Below are positions 62,895 through 64,000 of a stretch of 64,000 bases of DNA, in pieces. This DNA comes from Pseudomonadales bacterium (GTDB lineage: Bacteria > Pseudomonadota > Gammaproteobacteria > Pseudomonadales > Pseudohongiellaceae). Where the stretch lies: assembly GCA_963666325.1 (NCBI GenBank), contig OY762706.1, positions 22,656-86,655 of the forward strand. Direction: 5' to 3'. The position numbers were made by a program, and so were the translations under genes. The notes below the pieces were generated by a model, which was not told the origin of the DNA, searched no databases, and saw only the letters and a list, made by a program, of their open reading frames with translations. Each line of letters opens with the position of its first letter. The stretch's first letter is position 1.

Positions 62895-64000
62895 ATGTCA
62901 TCGAAGTTTCGCCCAGTGGACCGGGACACGCTGTATCTTTTGCCGCCGTCGGTGCAGGACTGGCTGCCGGAGGATCATCTGGCGCGTTTCGTGGTTGAGA
63001 TTGTGGACCGTCTGGACCTTGGCGCTCTGGAGCGCCGGTACGGTGGGGGCGGGAAGGATCCGTATCATCCGTCGGTGTTGCTGGGGCTGTTGTTTTACGG
63101 TTACGCGACGGGGGTGTTTTCGAGCCGCAAGCTGGAGCGTGCGACCTACGATTCGGTGGCTTTCCGTTTTATTGCGGCGAACACGCACCCGGACCACGAC
63201 ACGATCGCGGGTTTCCGCAAGCGATTTCTGGGGGAGTTGGGGGGTCTGTTCGTGCAGATTCTTTCGCTTGCGCGGGAGATGGGGTTGTTGCGGTTGGGCA
63301 ACGTGAGTCTGGACGGGACGAAGGTTCGTGCGAACGCGAGCAAGCACAAGGCGCTGAGTTGGGGGCATGCGAAGCGTCTTGAGGATCAGTTGCGCGGCGA
63401 GGTGGCGGAGTTGCTTGATTGTGCGGCGCGGGCGGACGAAGCGGAGCCCGGGCTGGACGTGCCGGAGGAGTTGAAGCGGCGCGAGGGCCGTCTTGCGGTG
63501 ATCGAGGCGGCGCAGGCGGAGATCGAGCGGCGGGCGCGGGAGCGCCATGCGGCGGAGCGGGAAGAATACGAGGAGAAGCTTGCGGCGCGGCGGGAGCGGG
63601 AGAAGGCGACGGGGCGCAAGCCCCGCGGTCGAGAGCCGAAGGCGCCGGAGGCGGGTCCGCGGGAGAAGGACCAGGTGAATCTGACGGACGCGGAATCGCG
63701 GGTGATGCTGACGGCGGACGGATTCCAGCAGGCGTATAACGCGCAGTCTGGGGTGGATGTCGAGAGTCATCTGGTGGTGACGGTCGATGTGGTGGACCGC
63801 GGCAACGACAAGCGCGAGGTGGAACCGGCGCTTGCGGCGCTGGGCGCGTTGCCGGGGGCGCTGGGGAAGCCGACCGGGCTGTTGGCCGACGCGGGGTATT
63901 TCAGCAAGAAGAACGTGAAACGTTGCGAGGCGGCGAAGTTGACGCCGCACATCGCCATGGGCCGCACGGCGCACAATCCGCCGCTGGCGGAGCGTTCCGC
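62895..64000 (+). CDS. IS1182-family (IS5-superfamily) transposase, 5' partial running off the window; absent from the ORF track
   Basis: My own translation from ATG 62895 gives MSSKFRPVDRDTLYLLPPSVQDWLPEDHLARFVVEIVDRLDLGALERRYGGGGKDPYHPSVLLGLLFYGYATGVFSSRKLERATYDSVAFRFIAANTHPDHDTIAGFRKRF... The frame has no stop up to nt 64000. Confidence 0.85.
   Translation, partial: MSSKFRPVDRDTLYLLPPSVQDWLPEDHLARFVVEIVDRLDLGALERRYGGGGKDPYHPSVLLGLLFYGYATGVFSSRKLERATYDSVAFRFIAANTHPDHDTIAGFRKRFLGELGGLFVQILSLAREMGLLRLGNVSLDGTKVRANASKHKALSWGHAKRLEDQLRGEVAELLDCAARADEAEPGLDVPEELKRREGRLAVIEAAQAEIERRARERHAAEREEYEEKLAARREREKATGRKPRGREPKAPEAGPREKDQVNLTDAESRVMLTADGFQQAYNAQSGVDVESHLVVTVDVVDRGNDKREVEPALAALGALPGALGKPTGLLADAGYFSKKNVKRCEAAKLTPHIAMGRTAHNPPLAERS

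Overview
This is a 64-kb chromosomal segment, about 60% G+C by eye (not computed). Gene content suggests an uncultured aquatic or marine Gram-negative bacterium, possibly a gammaproteobacterium, but that guess is low confidence. No rRNA, tRNA or CRISPR array was seen. From left to right the window holds: (1) a DnaQ-like exonuclease gene split by an IS4-type element that is itself split by an intact IS21-family element, with both target-site duplications readable; (2) a periplasmic redox region with four PQQ-dependent dehydrogenase paralogs, the relic of a fifth, a di-haem cytochrome c and a DmpA-type peptidase, interrupted by a lower-GC accessory segment (HTH-PIN toxin-antitoxin pair, TfoX-like gene, ArsR-SRPBCC-haloalkane dehalogenase operon) bracketed by a ~75-bp direct repeat; (3) a transporter / carboxylate-amine ligase / NosR-like operon and a haem-c-fused PHM/DBH-like copper monooxygenase; (4) parDE, a circularly permuted TAT-exported DAAO-like flavoprotein and an M3 peptidase; (5) a clearly AT-rich islet with an orphan TIR-like (CAP12/Pycsar-effector-type) protein and a type II R-M pair, followed by two tandem AAA_14/DUF4143 ATPase-nuclease genes bracketed by a phased 17-mer repeat; (6) hydrolases, frmA-fghA, and a TonB-dependent receptor neighbourhood (DUF3500, carboxylesterase, PSCyt-DUF1592/DUF1552 pair, ankyrin protein); (7) a tannase-carboxyltransferase pair, antitoxin-like genes, and a partial IS1182-family transposase that runs off the right edge and is missing from the ORF track. 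A compound-palindromic REP-like repeat family occupies five intergenic sites. My best candidates for an undescribed system are the TIR-like / R-M / ATPase-nuclease defence islet (31.9-38.3 kb) and the ligase-NosR-like operon. All functional calls rest on motif recognition by eye; no searches were run.
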